Of a DNA stretch of 51,075 nt, positions 38,319 through 51,075 are shown piece after piece. The DNA is from Octopus bimaculoides (lineage: Eukaryota): contig NC_068982.1 of the NCBI RefSeq assembly GCF_001194135.2, positions 164,080,076-164,131,150 on the forward strand, in the 5' to 3' direction. The notes beneath the pieces are model-generated. The model worked only from the letters and a program-made list of their open reading frames with translations. It searched no databases and was not told where the DNA came from. Position 1 is the stretch's first letter; each line of letters opens with the position of its first letter. A program made the position numbers and the translations under genes.

Positions 38319-39773
38319 GCATGTTTGCATCCACATTTAATTGTACGTATTATTCACATAATGTAGATATATAAATTCGCGATTAACACACCTATGCAAC
38401 ATACATAGAAATATAAGTACTTGAATATACGTGGTTTTGTAGCTATTGTCACGATGTGTGTGTGTGTGGGGTGTGTGTGTGTGGGGTGTGTGTGTGGGGT
38501 GTGTGTGTGTGTGTCTGTGTGCGTGTTTTATGTTTTTTAAGAAGATCACTGTAAGATAACTTATACTTTTGTATGATTTTCTTTAAGAAACATTTGGAAG
38601 AATATTGCTCTTCTCCATTAAATCTTCTAAGTCTAAATGGGAAACATTTTTTTTTTCCTGCCGTATTTTTATTATAATATTTCCTTTTTATAAAATTCAC
38701 TTTTATAATTTTACCTTTTACAAAGTAGAAAAATTTCAAAGAGACGAATCAATGTAGAATATTTATAAAATAATGTTTTTTGTGTCAAAATATAATATAA
38801 AAAGTATCTTTGGGAGGTAAAATATATTTTCAATGGAATGTTAAGAAACGCGAGTTGAAAATGTGTGTATTTCTCGAAGCTCCTCTGAGTTTACACTGTA
38901 ATTACTGTCATGTTCTCGTTTGTCTACAGTTCCCTGTAATTAATATCAGTGCAGTAAAGAATAGAGAGTTCGTGTTCGTGTTTTTTTTTTCTTTATTGGG
39001 AAAGAAGCAAATATACGTAGTAATCTGCAGAGAAAATAGTCTTTCATCCGTAATATTCTACTGTAGCCCTTCCTAGAATAACATAGTATGCTTTTACAGA
39101 AGCTTTAAAGTGTGAATGATGCTTTTGCATGCAAAATATATATGAACCAGTACATTAGTCTATTTGTGATAATGCATAAAGGAAATCCAATAAATTCTGC
39201 ATTCGATAACTACTTGCAGGAAGAAATTTTGTATATTTTCCAGTAAAATAAGAGAAATGTTTGCTGGTGTATTGAGGATAAGTTTGTAGAAACTAAATTA
39301 CAGCATTTAGTTACTCTACACTTCTTCAATAACCCACCGCGAGGTTCTGTTGTTCAACCTAAATTATGAAGATTGCACACTGTGAAAATAGTACGCCGTA
39401 TATAACAGTAATTTACACCAGAAACATTTGCAATTATTGTTTATGTAGATAGAAGCACATCTCTTAGGTGGCCAAATAATATTTGCTAGTCAAAACTTCA
39501 CTTGGTCACTATAGTTGGAGACAGGAGTGTCTAATAGAATACGTTCCTCTTAGAATAAGAAAATGCATAAAACTTGCTAACAGCAACCGTTACAAATTCA
39601 TCATTACTTCTACAGACACAGTTTTTATTGTACTTCTTCGCATATTATATGTCACTCGACTTTCGTTATACTGCAACATTATTATTCATAAACTCAAATT
39701 TTGATGAAATTTTATGCATTTCATGCAGCGCATTTGAATCACATACTTTTCGAAGCACAGAAAAGAAAAACAC

Positions 39774-39828
<55 letters not shown>

Positions 39829-40795
39829 NNNNNNNNNNNNNNNNNNNNNNNNNCACACACAAACGCGTACACACACATACACACGCACACACGCACACAC
39901 ACACGCACGCACGCACAAACACAAACAAACCACACAAACGCAGATACACATATAGACATACATGCACACACACATACAAACACATTAGTTTCACTTTGCT
40001 ATGTGTATATTTGCAGTGAACCTTTTCAATGAGACGTCATCTTCTACAAGTTAATATGTAAGTATGTAAACATGGGGAAAAATAAAACCGCATTTAAGAG
40101 GAAATTTCACATGAATCATATTTTCCTGAGAATGCTTATTTGGCCTTTGACTAACTGAAAATAAGCTTAGCTATCTACTAATACACCTTACAGCATTTGT
40201 AAATGCGTAAAGAATGTATTTCATTTAAAGTTATGAATTAAGATTTAGTATATATATATATATATATATACGTGTATGTATGCGTGTGCTTGTGTATTTA
40301 TACATGTATGAATATGCGCAATTTGCAAAACAAAACGAATGCACAAGTTTAAGAATGGCGTCTTCTTATCATTGATTTTCATGGACACTAAGATTACATG
40401 TTATTTAATTTTTGCATTTGTTTCAACCATATTTATTTTGCTTCTGGGTTTCCTTTTTATCTGTATATTATATTGAAGTCCGCATTGGTCTAGAAGTTGT
40501 ATAAATTTTCAGAGGCTAATGAAGCAATCTTCCAAATCTTTAGAAGTCAGTAAAATAATTTTAAAACATAGAGACACCACTGAAATTATTTGGCAGTGAA
40601 GGAGCAGGGAAACAGCTATTAAGCTATTTGGAATAAGATGAAAGATTTATGAAGAGAAGGCAGCCCTCATAAAGCTCTTTCATTTCAATCAAATAGACGT
40701 ATATACACGCATATACATACATATGTATGCGATATATAGCCGTTTCCATCTATAATATGCAAACATGCAGACATGTACATATAGATGTATATCTA

Positions 40796-40836
<41 letters not shown>

Positions 40837-42270
40837 GTATTAGCATATATGTATATACATACATACACACACATATAATATACATATGTAAGTGCGTATT
40901 TGCATATGACATGATATATGCCTGTATGGACGCGTGTGAATATGTATGTGTACGTGTGTGTGTGTGTGCATGTACGTATATGATATGTTTAGGGACATTA
41001 AATGTAGTAGCNNNNNNNNNNNNNNNNNNNNNNNNNNNNNNNNNNNNNNNNNNNNNNNNNNNNNNNNNNNNNNNNNNNNNNNNNNNNNNNNNNNNNNNNN
41101 NNNNNNNNNNNNNNNNNNNNNNNNNNNNNNNNNNNNNNNNNNNNNNNNNNNNNNNNNNNNNNNNNNNNNNNNNNNNNNNNNNNNNNNNNNNNNNNNNNNN
41201 NNNNNNNNNNNNNNNNNNNNNNNNNNNNNNNNNNNNNNNNNNNNNNNNNNNNNNNNNNNNNNNNNNNNNNNNNNNNNNNNNNNNNNNNNNNNNNNNNNNN
41301 NNNNNNNNNNNNNNNNNNNNNNNNNNNNNNNNNNNNNNNNNNNNNNNNNNNNNNNNNNNNNNNNNNNNNNNNNNNNNNNNNNNNNNNNNNNNNNNNNNNN
41401 NNNNNNNNNNNNNNNNNNNNNNNNNNNNNNNNNNNNNNNNNNNNNNNNNNNNNNNNNNNNNNNNNNNNNNNNNNNNNNNNNNNNNNNNNNNNNNNNNNNN
41501 NNNNNNNNNNNNNNNNNNNNNNNNNNNNNNNNNNNNNNNNNNNNNNNNNNNNNNNNNNNNNNNNNNNNNNNNNNNNNNNNNNNNNNNNNNNNNNNNNNNN
41601 NNNNNNNNNNNNNNNNNNNNNNNNNNNNNNNNNNNNNNNNNNNNNNNNNNNNNNNNNNNNNNNNNNNNNNNNNNNNNNNNNNNNNNNNNNNNNNNNNNNN
41701 NNNNNNNNNNNNNNNNNNNNNNNNNNNNNNNNNNNNNNNNNNNNNNNNNNNNNNNNNNNNNNNNNNNNNNNNNNNNNNNNNNNNNNNNNNNNNNNNNNNN
41801 NNNNNNNNNNNNNNNNNNNNNNNNNNNNNNNNNNNNNNNNNNNNNNNNNNNNNNNNNNNNNNNNNNNNNNNNNNNNNNNNNNNNNNNNNNNNNNNNNNNN
41901 NNNNNNNNNNNNNNNNNNNNNNNNNNNNNNNNCACACACACACATACACATATACGTATATTTGCAATAAGCTGAAATCATATTTGTGATTAGAAAACAG
42001 AATTCCTTCTTGGACTTTGTGTGTATATACATATAATTATAATAATATTAGGGATAAAAATCCAAATTTACAGGTAAAAAGTCAATTAAATTCAATTTAT
42101 TGAAAATTAAAATTAAATTAAGTTTCACAGTATAAAAAATATATAGTTTTAGAGAAAAGAACCAAAGTTCATGAACTTATCCGTGAAAATAGTCACATAT
42201 AGAAAAATTAATAAGTAAATGCACGATAAATAAGTATAATATAATACAAAGTAAATATCATAAGATAATG

Positions 42271-42306
<36 letters not shown>

Positions 42307-43067
42307 GTATATCATTATCTTATGATATTTACTTTGTATTATATTATACTTATTTATCATGCATTTACTTATTAATTTTTCTGTATGTGACTGTGGATTT
42401 TCATGGAATAAGTTCATGAACTATGGTTCTTGTCATCAATAAGATAACAACATAGAGGAAGAGAGTAAAAAAAAATAAGGAGATGGAAAGAGAAGAAAAA
42501 AAGAGGAATAAATGTTCATAGTTCAACTTTCCGAAGAAACCAAAGTATGAGTCTTTAGGTGTAATCCTGCGTATATCCATGTGGGTTGAAGTCCTTATAT
42601 AGTAGACATCCCAAGAAAAAGACGCGAACATATCAACGTTCAATATCAAAATAGTAGCAGAGGCGACTGTTAATTGGTAAAAGTAGAGAAAAGCAAAGAA
42701 GTAGGAAGAAGGATGGATAGTGTGAGGTAGGGGGGATTTTAAGGATTGGCTATATGATATGATAAGATAATGTGTATATTTGTATGATGTCTAAAAATTA
42801 TGCATGGGGTTGCCGAGAAGAAGAGAAAGAGTATGAGGAGGTAGAGGAAGAAAAAATAGATTGAAATGAAAGGAATTTAAAGAGAGTTGAAGATATCTGG
42901 TACTTCCAAAGTCTAAAGTTGTTGGGGAGGATATTGTGTCCATCCTGGCTAAGGTCAGTGTCTGTAGAGTTATTTTTTGCAATGTGGTTGTGTGCGCAAC
43001 ACAAAACTTGTCTCCGATATCTTGTGAGTAAGGCAGCGAATCATTCCTTTCCAGTTTGGCAAGGCCA

Positions 43068-43107
43068 TTAGTACATGGTTTTTGGGTCTTTACCCTTCAT
43101 CAGTACT
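43068..43107 (-). ncRNA. Degenerate hammerhead-like motif (a different PLE family)
   Basis: Minus strand TAGTA-CTGATGA-A-GGGT(AAAG)ACCC-AAAAAC-CATG-TACTA: intact CUGAUGA, 4-bp stem II and 5-bp stem I, with G12->A. Confidence 0.55.
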
Positions 43108-43543
43108 AGACACTTGCTTGCTAGAAATGGCAGTCACTCGTTCCTACTTACAATATATAAACAGAGAAGTGGCAGACAGCAGTTGATCTCGTAACGAGAA
43201 GATAGCTATTTCTAAAATCTCTGAAGTCTCGTTAGCGTCTAGTATTGTTAGTAGTTATATCTCGTCTCGTTTAGAGATTTTGGAACTAGCTATTTTGCTT
43301 CTTATATACATAATACATACATACATACATACACATATATATNNNNNNNNNNNNNNNNNNNNNNNNNNNNNNNNNNNNNNNNNNNNNNNNNNNNNNNNNN
43401 NNNNNNNNNNNNNNNNNNNNNNNNNNNNNNNNNNNNNNNNNNNNNNNNNNNNNNNNNNNNNNNNNNNNNNNNNNNNNNNNNNNNNNNNNNNNNNNNNNNN
43501 NNNNNNNNNNNNNNNNNNNNNNNNNNNNNNNNNNNNNNNNNNN

Positions 43544-44055
43544 AAGACGAAGGTAGTTGTATAAACAACAAACAGCTGTACTAGTTTGACGCCCGGGAAG
43601 GTGAGAAAGACTTTTACGTCTCGAGTCTACTCTCTTCATCAGAAAGGAACACGGTGAAATAAACAAAGAGAGAATAAAAAGACTTTTGGAGTTAGCGGTC
43701 AATCATGGCAGTTTGTTGGAGAAAGGTAGTTAGACAGGAGAGTGAGGAAGAAGGGGAGTAAATAAAGTACTGGTGATCCAAAAACGAAGGTGCGCGTACG
43801 TTTGTATGTGAGAGTGCGTACGTGTGCGAGACCGGGGTGTCATTGCCAAGTCTAATGTCTCAGAGGTGCTCCGCGAACCGGTCAGCCAAGTGGGGTCCCA
43901 TTTAACCGATGTACAGAGAAGAGAAAGAGCAGGAGATACAGTAAATGACGTCGCTAGAAGTACAGGTAAAGGAGTCAGTGATATGATAGGGATAATGATG
44001 GGTGCCTGTGAGGATGGTGATGTTGGATTGGTAGGGGCAAGTGCGGCTTGTCCTT
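43544..44055 (-). mobile_element. PLE family 2 fragment: GIY-YIG domain plus 3' terminal repeat
   Basis: Minus strand RTCPY...TDSFTCTSSDVIYCISCSFSSLYIG*MGPHLADRFAEHL*DIRLGNDTPVS, then a 3' UTR holding the hammerhead. Confidence 0.85.
43611..43646 (-). ncRNA. Minimal type I hammerhead ribozyme motif (one core substitution)
   Basis: Minus strand CCTTT-CTGATGA-A-GAG(AGTAGA)CTC-GAGAC-GTA-AAAG; loopless palindromic helix III (ACGT) and a GUA cleavage triplet. Confidence 0.65.
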
Positions 44056-45070
44056 ACATACATACACAGACAGATATATATGCATATATATATGGTAAGT
44101 CATAAATGAATAGATTGCGTGTTATAAACAAAGATAAAAACGGATGATTTATTAAAATACACACAGACATTCCTCACGCTACGACTGCCACAGGTTACAG
44201 GATTTCGCGCTTCCAGAAAGTGGAGAGTACGACTCTTAATTCTGATGTACAGTCTATGATTCCGCTCTTACGGAAACTTGGATTGCGTAGTTTTAAGTTG
44301 TTAATAATTTAAAATCACATTTTCATCTCAGTTTAAATGGCTACATGTGTTTTATTTAGGGTCAAAGAATATAGTTAACGATTTGAAAAACTATCAACAC
44401 GTTACAGACATACATGCACACACACACACACACACATGCACATATGTATATATACTGTACATAATGTGTATATCTAAACATAGACACGCTCACAATCGCA
44501 CACTCACACACACACACACACATATATATATACACACACATATAAACACACACATATAAACACACACATATATATACACACACATCTATATACATACCAC
44601 GCACACACACAAACACAAACCCACGTACGTGAGTATTTTTATGATCAACACCAACACAACCACCAATAGCATCAGTAATATATTGTACGAAGTAGATAAG
44701 CAAATCCATTTGAAATAAATACATATAATGTGGTATCCTAGAGTATTTTAAATGTTGAATGAAATATCTTTGATCTTAGGTCTGTGAAGATTGACTTGAA
44801 ACTAAACTGCCGCCATGATACAATTAGCAAAAAGAATATGACCACCACAACAACAATATCCATCCACTATCACAAACATATAAACCAATTTAACCCACAT
44901 CATCATCACTACCAACCCATCAGCTTTTTAATCCAACTAGTTACAGCAGATATCAGTATGTACACCAACACATGTATCTGCATGAGCGCGTGTGTCTGTG
45001 TGTATTCGTGTGTGTATGAGTGTTTGTGTATGAGTGCGAGCATGTGTGCGAGCGTGTGCGAGCGTGTGTA

Positions 45071-45147
<77 letters not shown>

Positions 45148-46011
45148 CTATGTACTAATTCATAAGCGCAAGGGGCAAATTGCCTATAAAATCTGGTGAC
45201 TCGTAAACTATAAGATAGTGAATTGTAAGATAGTAAACGTTGTCTCTCATCCCCCCAGTAACACTCATTCTAAACCCACTCAACTGTAGTCAACTTTTTG
45301 TGGTAAGAATGTACCCTTACGATATTACGACTTTTATTAATTCTCTAACGCATTCCCTTTGATTTTTTTTCTGTGTAATTATGTATCTATATTGTACCGA
45401 AATTGTTTTTTTTTTCACATTTAAAGGTGATGGTGTCGCTTGTTTTCTGGTGTTTTCTTGTCCTTTATTTTTTCGAATAAGTGCGTAGGAACACAATCTC
45501 ACTTGATAATATGGAAGTCATTAGGAAAATTAATTTCGCATCACGGAATTTTACGTTAGGGTCAGAATTTCAGGAACGCATTATTTCCTGCATACATTTG
45601 TATTTTTCTGCAATACAACCTTTGTCAATATTTCATATAACTACGTCTCGATCCTCCTTAACAAAATATGTTATGAAATATACCAGCTATACAAATCAGT
45701 GATTTGAAAAAAAAAACAACAACAGTGTGTTGCTTGCCTAATCCATTTGTCCAGTCTACCTATCATATATTATTATTTTACCTAAATTACTGAAAACCAT
45801 AAATAACATTCAAAGTAACTTTTTAGGGTGCCAATATGAATGACTCTTATTTCTACCTAGAAACAACAGCCAGAATATTTGAATGAATCGATACCAACTT
45901 CTGAGTGTCATTTATCGACTGTTGCAAGCTGATGAGTTGACTTCTGTAGAATTTGAACCAAGAACATAAGGATGATAAACTAAAGTAATGCAAGCAAATG
46001 CCACATGTACA

Positions 46012-46103
46012 TCCATCCATCTATCCATCCATCCATCCATCCATCCGTCTGTCCGTCCGTCCGTCCGTCCGTCCGTCCGTCCGTCCGTCCGTCCGTCCGT
46101 CCG

Positions 46104-46177
<74 letters not shown>

Positions 46178-46180
46178 ATC
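46012..46180. repeat. Compound tetranucleotide microsatellite (CCAT)n(CCGT)n(CTGT)n(CTAT)n
   Basis: Seen directly. Confidence 0.95.
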
Positions 46181-47917
46181 TACCTGCACACATGTGTGTA
46201 CATGTATGGCTGATTGTTTACTCATTTTGCGTTAGGTATAGTAATATTAGATACAGATTTACTGTTCATATGTGTTTATATGTTAAGTTACACATTATCA
46301 TATTTGCCTTACACTACATGACTTTTTGTTCGTAAGTAAATATGAATTATAGCGTGTCATAAAGCGAATTCGTATCCACAAAAGGAAACAATGAAGATGT
46401 TGCTTCAAAATAACAATCCAACTTGATATGAAATATTGAGTTGTATTGTCAATGAAACGCCAAAGAAATTAGTTGGTTCGGGAAGAAATGGAAAACAACA
46501 AATTTTGATTGAAAACAAGATAATTATTTAATGTTCATTATTCTTTTGCTTCTTTGCACTAATTAGTATGATTATATTTCTAACAACTTCTGTGTTTGAT
46601 TCTCTCCTGGGAAAACATTTGAACTTCTTTGTTTTATCTTCATTTACAAATGTGTTTCTAGTAGGCTGTGAAACAATTCAGCATGTCGTATCTACTCTGT
46701 GTGTTTGTAATTGTGATTGAATGGTGTAGTGGTGTATGTATGCATGTTTTCTTTTATTGTGTATGAGTGTGTAAACATATCAAAGTTTTGTATCTTGGCT
46801 GTAATAACGATAATTAAAAATATCAGTGTGTGATTTCGAAATTGTCTACAGCGGAAGCTGCATATTTCCAAATGGAAGGAGTCATTACGTGATCACATAA
46901 GCTGCTAAACTTAGTAGGCGAGTCTCCCTTAAATTACAGCAGGACATCTTAAATAAGGAAAAGATACGTATAATTGACGTAGTCCTGCACGTAACTCTAA
47001 CAAGACTAGAATCCTATCTATTATAGGTATGTTCTATCAGGATTTGAACTTAAGGCTATAAACAACAAGAAAAGCTAGAATTAATGTGAAATCATTGGAT
47101 CTAAATGAGAATTCTTATATTTGTTTCTGTATGGGAGCGTCTGTCGGCGATAGAAATGAGTTTTGATTCTGTTGTGAACAAATTTTGCTGGGGTGTTTCA
47201 GCATGAACAGAAACAAATTAGTTCCAACAAAATGTAGAAGTAAACAACAATATAAAAGTTATATTTTAAACGTAAATAAAACAATAATACTTTTGTTTTG
47301 CTTTGCAAGAATTAAAGGTGTGGCTTTCAAGTCATTAGCAAGCGTCTTTTCGTTCAGACCACAGGATAATTCATCGCGTATTTCTTAACAACTACGAAAA
47401 GTGACTTTATAAGTTAAATGTAAATGTAACAGGGAATTTTTTTTATTTCACCAGTCCTCTTATTTTTGCATGTTTTCCGTGCACAGGTAAGCACAGATCT
47501 ATACGTCAAAAGTATGTGCATTGTTAATTTCTGTGTTTATATATTGTATAGAGAGCTTTCACTACAGTCTATGCGTAGGGTATATTAGTGTCATGCTACA
47601 TAACATATGGGATTTGGCTAATTTATCTTTCTCAAGACATCATTTAATATAGAAGTTGTTATTTTCAGTCCTTACGTTCTTATTATCTCTATTTCTCAGT
47701 GTTCACAATTGGATATTTGTTCGATACATATTGATACTTACTGGATTTGGTACAGAAATTAGGAAGCATCACTTCTCTGGTTATCTTTCTCAATAAAATC
47801 TGATCGAAGTGTGACATAATTTCAGTGCCCAACACTTTCTATTAGTCATTATTAAACTTTTATATGTCATTATCAATTTCGACCCATGTCTGTATGTATG
47901 TTTATATACCCTGCCCG

Positions 47918-48034
47918 TGGAGGCGCAATGGCACAGTGGTTAGGGCAGCGGACTCGCGGTCATAGGATCGCGGTTTCGATTCCCAGACCGGGCGTTGTGA
48001 GTGTTTATTGAGCGAAAACACCTAAAACTCCACG
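47918..48034 (+). mobile_element. tRNA-derived SINE 5' portion (3' truncated)
   Basis: GGAGGCGCAATGGCACAGTGGTTAGGGCAGCGGACTCGCGGTCATAGGATCGCGGTTTCGATTCCCAGACC: A and B boxes of a tRNA-like head. Confidence 0.8.
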
Positions 48035-50044
48035 GTATATCTTACTTTACATGACCATTGACTTCGGGTGCTACTTTTTTTATGTATTTCTACAGTATTT
48101 CTTTTTCTTGTTTTTAAATTTCCGTTGTTATATTAAATACTAAGTAATATTTTCTATTATTTTCTACTTTGCACAATTATTCTGCTTTCTGTGTTTGTTT
48201 TTGCTTAGGTTTAGATATTAGTATGTTGGTACATATACACTCTTTCTTCTAAGTGTTATATTTGTAAATGTGTTATAATTTTGGTATTTATTTTGTATAT
48301 TCTTAAATTGGCAAGATTGTGGGTACCTAGAGTTAATTTTACATTAAGATTATGAATATAGGTATGTGCTATGATAATCATACTGTGACATAGGATGTAA
48401 CTGAGAACGATACGTGCAGGTTGTATAGAATCATTTTCTTTTTGCGTTCATTTCCGTTTCATTTGTCACTCTCGAAATGTATTGTTTTGTGCTGGTTTAT
48501 TTTGCTCTGCCAAAGTAAATTTTGCACCCGTTATTTTCAGATTAAATTTCAAAGTATCTCCGGGGCGGATGACATATATTTTATGTCGATTAGAAATTAA
48601 TTTTCTGTAATCGTGGAATGGTAGTGAACTGAATCACCATGGTGGCATGTTTTATCCTTTTTTTCCTTTATAAGTAATGTTTTGTAAACGTTGTTATTCA
48701 TCACCAATTAGCCGTCATATGCTAACATTCGGAACACAAGCTGTGATATAAAATTTTTATAATTCGATATTTTACATACACAAATATATATTTTAATATG
48801 CTAGATATTTGCTTCAGATTTTCTTCGTTTTTATTTCATTGCTGAAGTGATTATAAGAGCAAAGATTTATTGGATAAATCTGTGGGCTTACATTTTGAAA
48901 TATCTTTAGACAAGTTAGTTCCAGCTAGCGTCGAAGGGCGCTGAACTGATGGACTATTTTGCTGATATGTGTCTAGTTCTGTGCTGACCCCTAGGTTGAT
49001 TGGCATTGAGCCGATTTTATGTGTAGGATGGCCATTCTAACCCTCAAAGTGGTAAAAAAGAAGGTGTCCCTGAAATGACACGCAGAAATGGCGAAGGCAT
49101 GTATCACTTCCGTAGTACATTATTACTCGACTGTCTAGTGTGCATCAGTAATCGTTTGGGCAGATTGCAATGTCTGCTTTTTCGTTTCTTGTTGAAGGAA
49201 CGTGTTCCGCAACATAGCCGGTCTATCTCCATTCAACATCCGCGGCGTGGATGCAGTGATTGAAGAATCACATGAATGCACTGAGGTCATGACATCTGCA
49301 GACATTTCTAAACGGTGTGTAGGTCTGTTCATGTTTCATCAGGCACGTTTCTCTATAGCATATCTCTTTAACGAAAGCGCGGTCATAGATCAAAAATCAA
49401 GGAAAGATACATAAGGGCCTTGGATCTGAGATATTGTCAGACACAAACACAACACTGGTACTGCTTGGATAGTTCCTTGAGTATAACTTAATCTTAACAA
49501 TCAGCTCTCTACAAAAACATTTTTGGTTCAGAAACTATAAAAAGCTTCCAGAAATCCCTAGCTTGGCAGAAAACTCTGAAGTGTCGGAAAATGCAGGGAA
49601 TTTTCCATTATCTGGCGGATATATCGAAAACCGATGTGTGGTGAACACATTTAAAACGATTGAAAGCAGATAACTTCCTCTTCGTCAAAATCTTCCTGCG
49701 ATGAATAGTCATAAATAATCAAATTAATTAATTGTGATATAAATGCGCTTTGGTCATGTGCATTAATTATTTTCTTACATTGCAGAATATAAGGAATAAC
49801 TGTTGTTAGTACAAGATTTTATGGTTCAGTCAGGATATTGCATTTTCAAATCGTTGCTAGATGAAGACTTGACGTGCTGCTGTTTGTAGGTCCATTTGCT
49901 TTCGTTGGTCACCAAAGGGTTGAACAAAGTTCTAACCCTGCTTAGCTCTACTTAGAAGGAATTTTAAAACGCAAAAAACAACAGAAAAAAAAAACAGCAA
50001 CGCATCTTGTTCGATGCTTTAACAATTCTACCGGTTCTCCTCAT

Positions 50045-50170
50045 AGGTATGGTAATTTATTTATTTATGGATCTAGAACACATGAAAGGTAATGTTGCTA
50101 CTGTGGGATTTGAATACAAGGTGTAGAAGTCTGGAACGAATAACATGAGACGCTCGATCCGACACACTAG
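50045..50170 (-). mobile_element. Very diverged OR/OK-type SINE remnant
   Basis: ATTTATTT...ATGAAAGGTAATGTTG...GGGATTTGAA..., weakly collinear with 2660-2760. Confidence 0.4.
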
Positions 50171-51075
50171 AGATTATACTAATTCATCAACAATGCGATT
50201 AATGAGCAAAAAAAAAAAAAAAAATTAAAAAGACAAGCTTCTGAAGTTGCCAAATAACATTGCTTATTAAAGAAATTGATCATTTTTATCATTTCCTTAA
50301 GTTAAAAGTAAAATGTGAAAGTTAAATGTAGTTTTATCAATATAGTCTTTGTTCCAATTACTTTCATACTTTGTTCTCTAGCCAGAAACCCCAATCGAAA
50401 AAGAGAGAACAAAATGGTTATCTCTATTTCGTAAAAAGTGATCGAATCAATTAAACGATTTTCAAATAATTTAAATATTGTAAAACTGATATATTTAGTA
50501 ATACGGGAGTATGTGTTGATGTAGATATATATCTATCTATATATGAACAGATGTATCTATATCTATGCTTGTATGTATATACGTATGTACGTATGTACGT
50601 ATGTATGAATGTATGTATGTATGTATATACATGCCTGCATGCATGTATGTGTGTTTATATATATATAAATATTCACACACATATATGTATTCCTACATAT
50701 CAATCAATATATAATACACACAACTACTGATTCATATAGACGTACATACACATATACATACACACACACACAGCACACGTACGTACACACACACGCATGC
50801 AGACACATACGCACACACACATGCATAATGCGTATATATATATATGCAGAGTCATAAACAGACATGTATATGCTAATACAGAGACATCACAATTACAACC
50901 ATGTTATTGAAGAACATAAAATATAGTTTTGTACTTGTGGAACGGAATCTTTTGTAAAAAGACAAGCAAAAAAAGTGTAACATTATTTTCATTAATAAAA
51001 AATCAATTGTGCTCTTTCATTCTATCTATTTCCCGCTATGTATTTATATATGTATATATATATATATATATATAT

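Overview
AT-rich, microsatellite-dense animal genomic DNA with ten N-gaps. The SINE families look like the octopus OR/OK types as I recall them, so Octopus is inferred, not proven. I recognise no intact protein-coding gene; most ORFs in the track come from microsatellites or gaps. The window is mainly decayed mobile DNA: an R4/Dong-clade LINE (~4.1-6.1 kb), two Naiad-like Penelope-like elements (PLEs; 8.4-10.2 kb +, 35.5-36.7 kb -), a second PLE family with GIY-YIG and minimal hammerhead-ribozyme ends (0.4, 22.0, 43.5-44.1 kb), a CRE-clade LINE ending on a (GATA)n tract (12.5-13.9 kb), an orphan LINE ORF1 (15.0-16.1 kb), a Tc1 3' end, two MITEs and about ten tRNA-derived SINEs. Two observations go beyond routine repeats: three copies of a tRNA(Thr)-like unit with a Pol III terminator, two forming a ~395-bp palindrome (37.5-38.1 kb), and a possible cluster of heavily decayed intronless rhodopsin-class GPCR pseudogenes (~6.2-7.0, 19.4-20.3, 29.9-30.7 kb, all minus strand). 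All protein assignments come from manual motif reading across frameshifts; no database searches were run.
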